Below the pieces are notes generated by a model. That model saw only the letters and a list, made by a program, of their open reading frames with translations, was not told where the DNA came from and made no database searches. From Actinomycetota bacterium (lineage in GTDB: Bacteria; Actinomycetota; Thermoleophilia; Gaiellales; Gaiellaceae), in NCBI GenBank assembly GCA_046735575.1, contig JBKPTS010000012.1, positions 5,758 through 69,757 on the forward strand: a DNA stretch of 64,000 bases. The letters run 5' to 3'. The translations under genes were made by a program, and so were the position numbers. Below are positions 52,454 to 62,400 of this stretch, piece after piece. The stretch's first letter is position 1. Each line of letters begins with the position of its first letter.

Positions 52454-53581
52454 CTAACTCCGCGCGTACGCGACGAACACGGACTCGAAGTATTCACCTG
52501 CGCGGCGGCCGGTTCGTCGGTTCACGTGGCGCTCGAGGCGCTCGTCTACTTCGAGGCCCGCGTCGTCCAGGATCGCGGGATAGAGCCCGCGGCGGTCGTT
52601 CACGACGACGAGCACGGGCGATCCCGGCGCGAGGCGCTCCGCGCACCTGCGGAGCACCTCCGCGATTCCCGACGCGTACAGCTCGAGCGAGCGTCGGCTC
52701 GTACCCTTCGCGGCCGCGCCGAGCTCTCGCTCCCGCCGGTCGTCGAGGCCGAGCAGCTCGTAGGCGTACCGGTGCTGCTCGTGGTAGTCGATGAGCCCGG
52801 GGTACGGCGGTGACGTGACGATCGCGTCGTACGGCCCTTCGAGATCCACCTCGCGCGCGTCGGCGTGGAGCACGTGTGCCGCGCGACCGCGAGCCCGGAC
52901 GCGGTCGAACTCGAGGAGGCGCGCGATCGTGTCGTCGAGGTAGCGGGCGAGGAACTTGTTGGCCTCCGCCACCGGCCGGCAGGTGCGCCGGTGCTTGTGG
53001 CACCAGTAGGGCTCGCGTCGCGGCGTGCGAGGGAAGTCGAGATCGAAGTGCGCCGTCAGCCGCGCGGAGCGAGCGGCTCGGGCGAGAACGACGCGGAGGA
53101 CGTCCGCGTGCTCGAAGCCGGGGACGAGGTCGCGGAAGTGGAGGAGCTCGCGGGCGGCCGCGGGTGCGAACCACTCGCGCACGAATCCCTGCGGCACGAG
53201 GCGCGAGCGCCCGAGCCGGGCCTGCGCCTCACGAAGGTCGGTCTGGAGCCGGAACGCGTCGTAGCCCTCGGTCTTCACCCGCATCAGGAGGGCGTTGAAG
53301 GCTGCGATGTCGACACCCGTGGCGTCGCGCCCCGACTCGAGCGCCTGGACGAGGGTCGTGCCCGAGCCGGCGAACGGATCGAGGACGTGGCCTCCCGGCC
53401 GCACGTAGCGGGTGAGCAGGCGCTCCACGAGCTGCGGGATGAACTTCCCGAGGTAGGGATGCAAGCGGTGGACGTGCTTCGTGCGCTCGCGCTCGGGCAG
53501 CTCGGCCTCCGACCACGAGAGCTCGAGCTCCTCGTCTCGGGCGATCGCTTCGTAGAGCAGGGCCTGTGTCCGCGGCGCCAC
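52454..53581 (-). CDS. Orphan DNA (N6-adenine or N4-cytosine) methyltransferase
   Basis: The SAM-binding motif I (LDPFAGSGTTLVQALESG) lies near the N-terminus, and catalytic motif IV (IVTSPPYPGLIDY) lies about 180 aa downstream. No restriction endonuclease gene is adjacent. Confidence 0.8.
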   Translation of the reverse strand: MAPRTQALLYEAIARDEELELSWSEAELPERERTKHVHRLHPYLGKFIPQLVERLLTRYVRPGGHVLDPFAGSGTTLVQALESGRDATGVDIAAFNALLMRVKTEGYDAFRLQTDLREAQARLGRSRLVPQGFVREWFAPAAARELLHFRDLVPGFEHADVLRVVLARAARSARLTAHFDLDFPRTPRREPYWCHKHRRTCRPVAEANKFLARYLDDTIARLLEFDRVRARGRAAHVLHADAREVDLEGPYDAIVTSPPYPGLIDYHEQHRYAYELLGLDDRRERELGAAAKGTSRRSLELYASGIAEVLRRCAERLAPGSPVLVVVNDRRGLYPAILDDAGLEVDERLERHVNRRTGRRAGEYFESVFVAYARS

Positions 53582-53612
53582 GGCATCTCATTCTCCGCGG
53601 AGCTCGAAGGTC

Positions 53613-53640
53613 CTAGCCCAGGGGGACTAGCCCAGAGGGA
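53613..53640. repeat. Tandem 14-bp duplication CTAGCCCAG(G/A)GGGA at the yraN stop codon
   Basis: The copies lie at 53613-53626 and 53627-53640 with one mismatch. Both read ..VPLG-stop on the minus strand, so the 3' end of yraN has been duplicated at the boundary of the inserted segment. Confidence 0.8.
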
Positions 53641-53947
53641 CGCGCTCCACACGCCGTGCCGTGACGCCGACGGCCTCGAGGCGCAGCTCGAGCCCGGCCG
53701 CCTCGGGATGCCGCGCGAGCCAGATCCGCGCGGCGGTCGTGACCCGTCGCGCCTTCTCGCGGTCGATCATCTCGAGCGGCGGCCCGAACCCCTCGCCGCG
53801 CTTCTCCTTCACCTCCGCGACGACGAGCTGCCGCCCGCGGCGGAGCACGAGGTCGAGCTCGTAGCTCCCGGCCCGCACGTTCGCCCCGAGCAGCCGGTAG
53901 CCGCGCAGCCGGTAGTGGCGGAGCGCGCGGCGCTCCCCGGAGTTCAC
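53627..53947 (-). CDS. yraN: YraN-family (UPF0102) putative PD-(D/E)xK endonuclease
   Basis: Motifs are GERRALRHYRLRGYRLL, ELDLV and VAEVK, in the family-typical order. GTGA overlap with the rnhB stop. Confidence 0.75.
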   Translation of the reverse strand: MNSGERRALRHYRLRGYRLLGANVRAGSYELDLVLRRGRQLVVAEVKEKRGEGFGPPLEMIDREKARRVTTAARIWLARHPEAAGLELRLEAVGVTARRVERVPLG

Positions 53948-54618
53948 GCCGCCCGGTCGTCGACTCCGACCGCGACCAGCTCGCCGTCGAGCTCGTAGCA
54001 GCGGGCGTCGAACGAGCGCCGGTGCAGCTCGCACGGGCCGTACGCCCGCACGGCCTCGGAGTGCGCGGGAGTGATGTAGCCCACGTGCGACATGAAGCCG
54101 TAGCGCGGATAGAGCGCGTCGAGACGCCGCATCACGCGGTCCCGCAGCACCTTGGCGACGATGGAGGCGGCCGCGATCGCGGCGCTCCGCGTGTCTCCGT
54201 CCACGACGGCCCGGTGCGGCGGCGCGGCCTGCCCCAGCCGGAACCCGTCCACCAGGCACGCGTCGGCGGGCGGGTGCAGCTCCGAGAGCACCGCCCGGAG
54301 GCCGGCGAGGTTCGAGCGGTGGAGGCCGTGGTCGTCGATCTCCCGCACCGGGACGACCCGGACACTGATCTTCGCGGCGCTGCTCACGACCGCCTGGAAG
54401 AGCGTCTCGCGCTCCTCGTGGGGGACCTGCTTCGAGTCGTTGAGCCGCGCGAGCGAGCGCACCCGCGACCCGCGGAGGCGGTCGTAGTCGAAGAGCACGC
54501 CGGCGACGACGAGCGGCCCTGCGAGGGAGCCGCGGCCTGCCTCGTCCGCCCCCGCCACATAGCGGACGCCGAGCCGGCGGTCGAAGGAGAGGAGCTTCTG
54601 GCCGGGAGGGCGGGCCAC
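53944..54618 (-). CDS. rnhB: Ribonuclease HII
   Basis: Carries the active-site segment GADEAGRGSLAGPLV, plus DSK and a conserved C-terminal SF. Confidence 0.9.
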   Translation of the reverse strand: MARPPGQKLLSFDRRLGVRYVAGADEAGRGSLAGPLVVAGVLFDYDRLRGSRVRSLARLNDSKQVPHEERETLFQAVVSSAAKISVRVVPVREIDDHGLHRSNLAGLRAVLSELHPPADACLVDGFRLGQAAPPHRAVVDGDTRSAAIAAASIVAKVLRDRVMRRLDALYPRYGFMSHVGYITPAHSEAVRAYGPCELHRRSFDARCYELDGELVAVGVDDRAA

Positions 54619-54634
54619 CCGGCGAGGATAGACG

Positions 54635-54985
54635 CTAGCTCTGCCGGAGCTCGCGGACGCGCGCCTTCTTCCCCACTCTCTTGCGCAAGTAGTAGAGCTT
54701 GGCGCGGCGGACGTCGCCGACGGCGGCGACCTCGAGCTTCTCGATCTTGGGCGAGTGCAGCGGGAAGGTCCGCTCGACGCCGACCCCGAACGACTGCTTG
54801 CGGACGGTGAACGTCTCCCGGGCGCCGGAGCCCTGCCGCTTGATGCAGATCCCCTCGAAGACCTGGATGCGCTGCCGGTTGCCCTCGATCACCTTGAAGT
54901 GGACGCGGAGCGTGTCGCCGGCCTTGAAGACGGGGAGGTCCGTGCGCAGCGCGCGCTGCTCGAGGCTGTCGATCGTCGCGTTCAT
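54635..54985 (-). CDS. rplS: 50S ribosomal protein L19
   Basis: Full-length match: [38 protein letters not shown]. Confidence 0.97.
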   Translation of the reverse strand: MNATIDSLEQRALRTDLPVFKAGDTLRVHFKVIEGNRQRIQVFEGICIKRQGSGARETFTVRKQSFGVGVERTFPLHSPKIEKLEVAAVGDVRRAKLYYLRKRVGKKARVRELRQS

Positions 54986-55019
54986 CAGGAGGAAGCGGGG
55001 CCGGAAGAGCCGGGCAATG

Positions 55020-55853
55020 CTAGCGGAAGGAGATTCGATTCGGCGGCCAGTAGGTCATGAAGACCTTCCCGATGATGTCCTTCCGCGGCAGGAACCCCCA
55101 GCTCCGGGAGTCGCAGGAGGACGCCCGGTTGTCGCCCATCATGAAGTACTCGCCCTGCGGGACGCGCCACGTCTTCTGCGGGCCGTTGTCGCGCCGGCTC
55201 GGCTGGATGTACGGCTCGTCGAGCTTCTGGCCGTCGATGTAGATGTAGCCCGCGCCGTTGATCACGCGGTCCTGAACCTTGTCCCCCGGGAGGCCGATGA
55301 TCCGCTTGACGAAGGTCCCGCCCGCCCCGCACTTCACCTTCGCCTCCGCGGGGACGTTGAAGACCACGATGTCGCCTCGCCTCGGCGAATGGAAGTGGTA
55401 GATGAACCGGTTCGCGAGGACGCGGTCGGAGAATCTCGCCTCGCAGCCCTGGGCCGGCCGCGCACAGTGGAGCGTCGGCTCCATGGACGAGGACGGGATG
55501 CGGTACGGATTCACGACCCAGGCCTTGATCGCGAGGACGATCGCGATCGCTCCCACGATCGTCACGATCCAGTCGACGGCGATCCGCACGCGCCTCGGTA
55601 GGCGCCTCGTGACGCGGTCGAGCGGGTGGTGGAACGCGTGTGGCTCGGGCTCCTCCTCCCCCTCGTCCGGCGGCTGCTCCGGCCGGGCGACGGAGTAGGG
55701 CGGCGTCTGCGCCCACGCCGGCCGGTCGTACGCCGTCCGCTCGTGCGGATCCAGAGGAGGACGCCAGCTCGGCTCGCGGCCGTCGGCGTCCGGCGACTCG
55801 CTCGGCTCGGGCGCGTCGTCCAGCCGCGGCAGCGGATCGTTGGGGGTGGTCAC
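55020..55853 (-). CDS. lepB: Signal peptidase I with a long acidic/proline-rich N-terminal extension
   Basis: Catalytic boxes are [25 protein letters not shown] and [15 protein letters not shown] overlap with the trmD stop. Confidence 0.9.
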   Translation of the reverse strand: MTTPNDPLPRLDDAPEPSESPDADGREPSWRPPLDPHERTAYDRPAWAQTPPYSVARPEQPPDEGEEEPEPHAFHHPLDRVTRRLPRRVRIAVDWIVTIVGAIAIVLAIKAWVVNPYRIPSSSMEPTLHCARPAQGCEARFSDRVLANRFIYHFHSPRRGDIVVFNVPAEAKVKCGAGGTFVKRIIGLPGDKVQDRVINGAGYIYIDGQKLDEPYIQPSRRDNGPQKTWRVPQGEYFMMGDNRASSCDSRSWGFLPRKDIIGKVFMTYWPPNRISFR

Positions 55854-56509
55854 GAGGCTGACCTTACGTGTCCGAGCCGCCAGCGCTCGATCTCGGCGTG
55901 GTCGCCCGAGAGCAGGATCTCGGGGACGCGCCAGCCACGGAACTCGGCGGGGCGCGTGTAGTGCGGATGCTCGAGCCCACCGTCGAACGCCTCGGAGAAG
56001 CTCTCGCGCTCGCCGGACTCCCGGCGAAGCGCGCCGGGCAGGCGGCGCGCCACGGCGTCGAGCACGGCCAGGGCCGGGATCTCGCCGCCGGAGAGCACGT
56101 AGGGGCCGATGGAGACGACGTCCGTGCTCAGATGGTCGAGGATGCGCTGGTCGAAGCCCTCGAAGCGGGCCGAGAGGAGCGTCAGCGCCGGCTCGGCGGC
56201 GAGCTCCTCGACGAGCGCCTGGTCGAGCTGCTGCCCGGCCGGGCTGAACGCGACCACGCGGTGCCCCGGAACGCCTCCGTAGACGGCGTCGAGGGCGGCT
56301 GCGACGACGTCCACGCGCAGCACCATTCCCGCCCCGCCCCCGTACGGCTCGTCGTCCACCTGGCGCGCGCCGAGCGGCGTCGTGTCCCGGTAGTTGAAGA
56401 TTCGGAGCTCGAGCTCGTCGCCTAGGACGGCGGCCAGCGGACGGCGCTCCGTCACCCAGTCGAACGCCTCGGGGACGAGCGTGAAGACGTCGATCAGCAC
56501 TCGTCGCAC
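55850..56509 (-). CDS. trmD: tRNA (guanine37-N1)-methyltransferase
   Basis: Motifs are DDEPYGGGAGMVL and LSGGEIPALAVLDA, with a typical length of 219 aa. Confidence 0.95.
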   Translation of the reverse strand: MRRVLIDVFTLVPEAFDWVTERRPLAAVLGDELELRIFNYRDTTPLGARQVDDEPYGGGAGMVLRVDVVAAALDAVYGGVPGHRVVAFSPAGQQLDQALVEELAAEPALTLLSARFEGFDQRILDHLSTDVVSIGPYVLSGGEIPALAVLDAVARRLPGALRRESGERESFSEAFDGGLEHPHYTRPAEFRGWRVPEILLSGDHAEIERWRLGHVRSAS

Positions 56510-56517
56510 CGTAGCCG

Positions 56518-57033
56518 TCAGCCCATGAAGCCGGCGTTGAGGACGATCCTGCGCCGCTCGAGATCCACGTGCGCGACGGCGTCCTCCACGAACGGGACGA
56601 GCGCTCCCGAGTCGAGCTCCAGGTTGTCGTTCGCCTCGCCGGTGAGGACGTCCCGGACCACGCCCACGACCTTCCCGTCCTCCTCGACCGCGAGCCCCAC
56701 CAGGTCGGCGACGTAGTAGGCGCCCGGCAGCGGAGGCGGGAGCTCCTCGCGGGGAAGCTCGAGCTCGGCGCCCCGCGGCGCCGCCCGGTCGAGCTTGACG
56801 GCGCGGCGCCCCTTCCCGATCCGGCGCGAGACGACGACCGTCGCCCGCTCCCCACCGACGAGCAGCGTCGCGCCGACCTCGAACCGGGCGGGGTCCTCGC
56901 TCGCGTCCTCGACGACGAACGCCCCGTCCACCCCGTGCGGCCGGCCGACCCGGCCAACCTTGACGAGGCGGGCCCTGCCCTCAGTCGACAATCTCGAGCA
57001 GGTAGCGCCGGTCGGCGCGGGCGCCGGCCGCAC
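56518..57033 (-). CDS. rimM: 16S rRNA processing protein RimM
   Basis: Carries VGRVGRPHGVDGAF and a PRC-barrel C-terminus. The start is uncertain (GTG 57033 or TTG 56991), and both options overlap the KH-protein gene. Confidence 0.85.
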   Translation of the reverse strand: MRPAPAPTGATCSRLSTEGRARLVKVGRVGRPHGVDGAFVVEDASEDPARFEVGATLLVGGERATVVVSRRIGKGRRAVKLDRAAPRGAELELPREELPPPLPGAYYVADLVGLAVEEDGKVVGVVRDVLTGEANDNLELDSGALVPFVEDAVAHVDLERRRIVLNAGFMG

Positions 57034-57211
57034 GGACGACGCTGCGCAGGGCCCGTGCGATCCGCCCCTGGCGGCCGATCACCTTGCCGACGTCGTCGGG
57101 CGCGACGCGCAGACGCAGCACGACGGCGTCCTCACGCTCTTCGGACTCGACGCTGACGGCGTCCGGCTCGTCCACGAGTTGCCGCGCCAGCCATTCGAGG
57201 AGCTCAGCCAC
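56981..57211 (-). CDS. KH-domain RNA-binding protein (YlqC/KhpA-like)
   Basis: A 76-aa protein with the GxxG loop [15 protein letters not shown], in the conserved position between rpsP and rimM. Confidence 0.85.
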   Translation of the reverse strand: MAELLEWLARQLVDEPDAVSVESEEREDAVVLRLRVAPDDVGKVIGRQGRIARALRSVVRAAGARADRRYLLEIVD

Positions 57212-57449
57212 CGATGCCGGCGGCCTTCATGAGCTTCGCGACGGGCTCGGTCGGCTGGGCGCCCTTCGCGACCCAGTCCTTGATCTTCGCCTCGTCGAGC
57301 TCGATCGTCGAGGGCTCCGTCTGCGGGTTGTACCGCCCGACGATCTCGATGAAGCGGCCGTCGCGCGGCGAGCGCGAGTCGGCCACGACGACGCGGTAGA
57401 TCGGGTTCTTCTTCGACCCGACGCGCGTCAACCTGATCTTGACTGCCAT
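57204..57449 (-). CDS. rpsP: 30S ribosomal protein S16
   Basis: The sequence [35 protein letters not shown] matches the family. An AAGGAG SD sequence lies upstream. Confidence 0.97.
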   Translation of the reverse strand: MAVKIRLTRVGSKKNPIYRVVVADSRSPRDGRFIEIVGRYNPQTEPSTIELDEAKIKDWVAKGAQPTEPVAKLMKAAGIGG

Positions 57450-57489
57450 GCTTCTCCTTCGGGATTCGGTGAGCGGGGATTGTGCCCGT

Positions 57490-58806
57490 TCAGCCGGTCA
57501 GGCCGGGCGGCAGCGTCGGCATCTTGCCCTTGCCCATCTGCTTCATCATCTTCGCCATCTGCTTGCGGGAGGCCATGAGCTTGTTGACCTCCTCGAGCGT
57601 GGTGCCGCTGCCCGCCGCGATGCGCCGCCGCCGGGGCGTCGAGATGATGTGCGGCATCCGCCGCTCCTGCGGCGTCATCGAGAGCACGATCGCCTCCACC
57701 CGGGCGAGCTGCCTCTCGTCGACGTCGACCCCCTGGAGCTGCTTGCCGAGCCCGGGCACGAGCTTGAGGACGCCCTGCAGCGGCCCCATCCGGCGCACCA
57801 TCCGGTAGCTCGCGAGGAAGTCGTCGAACGTGAACTCGCCCGAGCGCATGCGCCGCTCCAGGTCGGCCTGCTCGTCGAGGTCCGCCGCCGCCTCGGCCTT
57901 CTCGATCAGCGTGAGGACGTCGCCCATGCCGAGGATCCGAGAGGCCATGCGGTCGGGGTGGAAGTACTCGAGCTGGTCGATCTTCTCGCCCACCGACGCG
58001 AGCTTCACCGGCTTGCCCGTGACCGCCTTGACGGAGAGCGCCGCCCCGCCGCGGGCATCGCCGTCGAGCTTCGTGAGCACGATGCCGTCGAAGGCGACCC
58101 GCTCCTGGAAGGCGACGGCGACGTTGACCGCCTCCTGGCCCGTCATCGCGTCGAGCACGAGGAGCACGTTGAGCGGCTTCGTCGCCGCGCCGACGCGGGC
58201 GAGCTCGTCCATCAGCTCCTCGTCGACGTGCAAGCGCCCGGCCGTGTCGAGGATGACGACATCGCGGCCGTCGGCGCGGGCCGCGTCGAGCCCCCGCCTG
58301 GCCGCGGCGACCGGGTCCTCGCGGTCGAGCGCGAAGACCGGGATCTGGATCTGCCTGCCGAGCTGCTCGAGCTGGTCGACGGCAGCGGGCCGCTGCAGGT
58401 CGCAGGCGACGAGGCCGGGGTTCTTGCCTTCGCGTCTCAGGAGCAGCCCGAGCTTCGCGGCCGCGGTCGTCTTGCCCGAGCCCTGGAGCCCGGCGAGCAG
58501 GATCACGGTCGGAGGCCGGCCGAACGCGAGGCGCGAGTCGCCCGAGCCCATGAGCGCCGTCAGCTCCTCGTGCACGATCTTCACGACCTGCTGGCCCGGC
58601 GTGAGGCTCTTCGCCACGTCCTGGCCGAGCGCGCGCTCCTTGACCCTGGCCGTGAAGTCCTTCGCGACCTCGAAGTTGACGTCCGCCTCGAGCAGCGCGA
58701 GGCGCACCTCCCGCATGGCCTTCGAGACGGTCTCGTCGTCCAGGCGGGCGCGCCCGCGGAGGTCGCCGAGCGCGCCCTGCAGCCGATCCGAAAGGGTGTC
58801 GAACAC
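57490..58806 (-). CDS. ffh: Signal recognition particle protein Ffh
   Basis: Carries the NG-domain motifs [14 protein letters not shown] and TKLDGD, plus a Met-rich M domain. The start was set at GTG 58806 (VFDTLSDRL). Confidence 0.95.
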   Translation of the reverse strand: MFDTLSDRLQGALGDLRGRARLDDETVSKAMREVRLALLEADVNFEVAKDFTARVKERALGQDVAKSLTPGQQVVKIVHEELTALMGSGDSRLAFGRPPTVILLAGLQGSGKTTAAAKLGLLLRREGKNPGLVACDLQRPAAVDQLEQLGRQIQIPVFALDREDPVAAARRGLDAARADGRDVVILDTAGRLHVDEELMDELARVGAATKPLNVLLVLDAMTGQEAVNVAVAFQERVAFDGIVLTKLDGDARGGAALSVKAVTGKPVKLASVGEKIDQLEYFHPDRMASRILGMGDVLTLIEKAEAAADLDEQADLERRMRSGEFTFDDFLASYRMVRRMGPLQGVLKLVPGLGKQLQGVDVDERQLARVEAIVLSMTPQERRMPHIISTPRRRRIAAGSGTTLEEVNKLMASRKQMAKMMKQMGKGKMPTLPPGLTG

Positions 58807-58851
58807 GGCCCTGCAGTGTAGAGCGGCGCTGTCTTCCGCCCGGGAGCGCAG

Positions 58852-58881
58852 GAAACCGGGCCCCGGCAGGGGCCCGGTTTC
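58852..58881 (-). terminator. Strong stem-loop (13-bp perfect GC-rich stem, 4-nt loop), a likely intrinsic terminator of the small secreted-protein gene
   Basis: GAAACCGGGCCCC-GGCA-GGGGCCCGGTTTC lies 62 nt downstream of the stop at 58943. Only a short T/C tract follows on the minus strand. Confidence 0.55.
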
Positions 58882-58942
58882 GCTCGACGGCTCGAGACTG
58901 GGCGCTGGCCGCGCGGCCGTCTCGATGCCGCTCTCCCCCCGG

Positions 58943-59260
58943 TCAGCTGCCGTAGCCGGAGGCTCCGTGCTCCTGAGCCGCATTCCGGAAGGCGTCCTTG
59001 CCGTCGCTCCGCAGAGCGGCGTCGCGGGTATCCGGCGAGCCGAGGACGCTCGCGACGAGGCCGGCCTCGGGCTGGATCTGCACCGACTGCTGCTGGCTCT
59101 TCATGGTGTCGCGGGGATCGAGCGAGCCGAGCTTGCTGGGGACGACGCCCGAGTCGCCTCCGCCGCCGGCGACGGCCGCCGGGGCGGCGACGGCGGCGAC
59201 CGTCAGCGAGAGCGCGACGAGCCCGAGCTTCCTGCGAATCGTGTGGGATGTGCGGTTCAT
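58943..59260 (-). CDS. Small secreted hypothetical protein with an internal LGS(x)D(x)RD repeat
   Basis: A strong AAGGAGGAA SD sequence lies 4 nt upstream of the ATG. A signal peptide (LGLVALSLTVAAVAAPAAVA) is present, with repeats SKLGSLDPRDT and SVLGSPDTRDA. Confidence 0.65.
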   Translation of the reverse strand: MNRTSHTIRRKLGLVALSLTVAAVAAPAAVAGGGGDSGVVPSKLGSLDPRDTMKSQQQSVQIQPEAGLVASVLGSPDTRDAALRSDGKDAFRNAAQEHGASGYGS

Positions 59261-59401
59261 CGTTCCTCCTTCGTCCGATCGCCCTGTGCGATCTCTTGCC
59301 CACTCGCGCGGACGGCAAAGAAGCGGCTATGGCGCGGTAAAGCCGGGACCGCGGCCGCCTTGAGGCGCTTCCGGGCCGCTGCTAGCGTCGCCGCCGAGAC
59401 G

Positions 59402-62400
59402 ATGGAGTTCCGCATCCTGGGGCCGCTCGAGGTCTCCTCCGACGGAGAGGCCGTCGATGTGGGCGGACGGAAGCAGCGGACGCTCCTCGCGATGCTCCTC
59501 CTCGAGGCGAATCGCGTCGTCGCACAGGACCGGTTGATCGAGGCCCTCTGGGAGGACGAGCCGCCCGACACGGCGGCCAAGGGGCTCCAGGTCTACGTCT
59601 CGCAGCTGCGCAAAGCGCTGGGGAAGGATCGGCTCGAGACCCGTTCGCCCGGCTACGTGCTCCGCGCGGAGCCGGGCGAGCTCGACGTCCTGCAGTTCGA
59701 GCGGCTGCAGGACGAGGGCCGGTTCGACGAGGCGCTCGCCCTCTGGCGGGGCGCGCCGCTCGCGGACTTCGCGTACCAGCGGTTCGCCCAGGCGGAGATT
59801 GCGCGCCTCGAGGAAGCGCGATTGCGCTGCCTCGAGGGCCGCATCGAGCGCGACCTGGAGCGCGGGCGGCACGACGCGGTCGTCGGAGAGCTGGAGACGC
59901 TCGTGGCCTCCCACCCCCTGCGGGAGGGCCTGCGGCGACTGCTCATGCTGGCGCTCTACCGCTGCGGCCGCCAGGCCGAGGCGCTCGAGGCGTACCAGCA
60001 AGGACGCCAGGCGCTCGTCGACGAGCTGGGCATCGAGCCCGGACGCGCGCTGCGCGATCTGCAGCAGGCGATCCTGAACCAGGATCCGGGCCTCGACGCA
60101 CCGGCCGGGGAGCCACCGGCAGCAGAGGGCAGGGCGCTCCCGCGCGGCACGGTCACCCTCTTCTTCGCGGACGTCGAGGGCTCCACCCGCCTCGTCTACA
60201 CGCTCGGCGGCGAGCGCTACCGGGCGGTTCGCTCCCGCGCGCGGGCGATCATCCGCGCCTCCGCCTCGGGCAATCGCGGCTCCGAGGTCGACTGGGCGGG
60301 CGACGGGGTCTTCCTCGCCTTCGAGCAGGCGAGGGACGCCGTCGCGGCCGCGATCGGGGTCCAGCGCGCGCTCGCGAGCGAGCCGTGGACGCCGGAGGAG
60401 GCCGTGCGCATGCGGATCGGCATCCACACGGGCGAGCCCGACGTCGGGGACGAGGGCTACGTCGGCATCGACGTCCACCTCGCCGCGAGGATCTGCGCGG
60501 CGGGCCACGGCGGCCAGGTCGTCCTCTCGCGCCGGACGAAGGACCTCGTCCCGGAGCGCGACGGCGTCTCGTTCCGCCCTCTCGGGAGCCACCGGCTGCG
60601 GGACATGGACGCCCCGCAGCCGCTCTTCCAGCTCGTCGCCCCGGGCCTCGAGGAATCGTTCCCGCCCCTCAACACGCTCGCCGGCGCCACGCTCCCCGCG
60701 CTGCACCACCGCCTCGTCGGACGGGCCCGCGACCTCGAGGAGCTGCAGTCGCTCGTGGGCGATCGGAACGTGCGGCTCGTGACGATCACTGGCCCGGGCG
60801 GCGCCGGGAAGAGCCGCCTGGCGCTCGAGGTCGCGGGCGCCGCGGCGGTCGAGCGGCCGGTGCACCTGGTGGGGCTCGCGCCGATCTCCGATCCGGATCT
60901 CGTCCCGGCGGCGATCGCGCGGACGCTCGGAGTGCGGGAATCGCCCGACCGGCCGCTGATCGAGACCCTCGCGGAGTCGCTCGCGCACACGCGCTCGCTC
61001 CTCTTCCTCGACAACTTCGAGCACGTCGCGCCCGCGGCCCGCTACCTCGCGGAGCTCCTGCACCGCACGCCCGGGCTCGGGGTCCTCACGACGAGCCGCA
61101 GGCCGCTCCGCCTGATCGGCGAGCAGGTCTTCCCCCTCAAGCCGCTCGACGTCGACGAGGCGGCAACACTCTTCGCCGAGCTGGCCGCGGCGCGCGGCGT
61201 GGTCCTGAGCGACGACGCGCTGCCGTCCGTGCACGCGATCTGCCGGCGCCTCGACGGGCTCCCGCTCGCGATCGAGCTCGTCGCCGCACGCCTCGTCGTC
61301 CTCCCCCCGGCGCGGATCCTGCAGGCGCTCGACGAGGGCCTCGGGCTCGACATGGAGGGGCCCGTCGATCTCCCGGAGCGCCAGCGCACGCTGCGCGCGA
61401 CGATCGCCTGGAGCTACGACCTCCTGACCGACTCGCAGCGCGAGCTGCTCGACGCCCTCGCCGTGTTCGCCGGGGGCTGCTCGCTCGAGGACGCGCAGAC
61501 CGTCGCGCGCGCGGGCGCGTCGTTCCTCGCCGACCTCGAGGCGCTCGTGGGCTGGAGCCTCCTTCGCAGCGACGTGTCGGACGGCGACGTCCGGCTCTCG
61601 ATGCTCGAGACTGTGCGCGAGACGGCGGAGGAGCGCCTCGCGGCCGCGGGGGAGCTCGAAGACCTGAAACGGCGGCATGCGGAGCGATTCCTCGCGCTCG
61701 CGCTCCAGGCGGAGAAGGAGCTCTCCGGCCCGGACCAGGCCGAGTGGCTCGAGCGCCTCGAGCAGGAGCTCGACAACATGAGGGCGGCGCTCGACTGGTG
61801 CCTCGCCTCGCGCCGGGTGGAGGACGCGGTGCGCGCCGAGTCAGCGCTCGGGCGCTTCTGGTGGATGCACGGCCACGTCGCGGAGGCGCGCAGCCGCCTC
61901 TCGCAGGCGTTGGCGCAATCCGACGGCGTGGCGGCCGAGGTGCTCGCAAACGGTCTCTGGTGGTCGGCGCGTCTCGCGGCGAGGCAAGACGACCTGAAGG
62001 CGGAGATTCCGCTCCTCGAGCAGGCGCTCGAGCTGTTCCGCGAGCTCGATCGCCCGCGGGAGATCGCGTTCGCGATCGGCGAGCTCGGCTGGATCGCCCT
62101 GCAGCAGGGTGAGCACGAGCGCGCCGCGGAGTTGTGCGAGGAAGCGCTCTCGGTGGCTCGTGCTACGGGCGACGCCGAGGCCATCTCAGGTCAGCTGAAC
62201 TACCTCGCAGACATCTACTCGGCCCGAGGCGACCATCTCGCGGCGCTCGCCGCGCACGAGGAGGCGCTCGCGCTCCGACGCACGCTCGACGACCCGTTGC
62301 TCGTGACCAACTCGACCTACAACCTCGGCATCGCGGCGTGGGAGAACGGGGAGCTCGAGCGCGCACGCACGGCCTTCGAGGAGACCTGCGCGCTCGCGAG

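Noticed and set aside
51677-53648. A 10-bp inverted match (GAGCGCGTCC / GGACGCGCTC) bracketing the methyltransferase / collagen-like insertion, considered as terminal inverted repeats of a mobile element.
   Set aside because: Only 10 bp are perfect and the match is GC-rich in a GC-rich genome. One copy lies inside the yraN coding sequence. No transposase or integrase is present. It is mentioned as a caveat but not called a mobile element.
57830-59401. The N-terminal 524 codons of the 1657-aa ORF in the track that ends at 62803.
   Set aside because: This part is antisense to ffh and to the small secreted-protein gene, and it translates to Ser/Arg/Ala-rich sequence. The recognisable SARP protein begins at ATG 59402 (MEFRILGPLEV).
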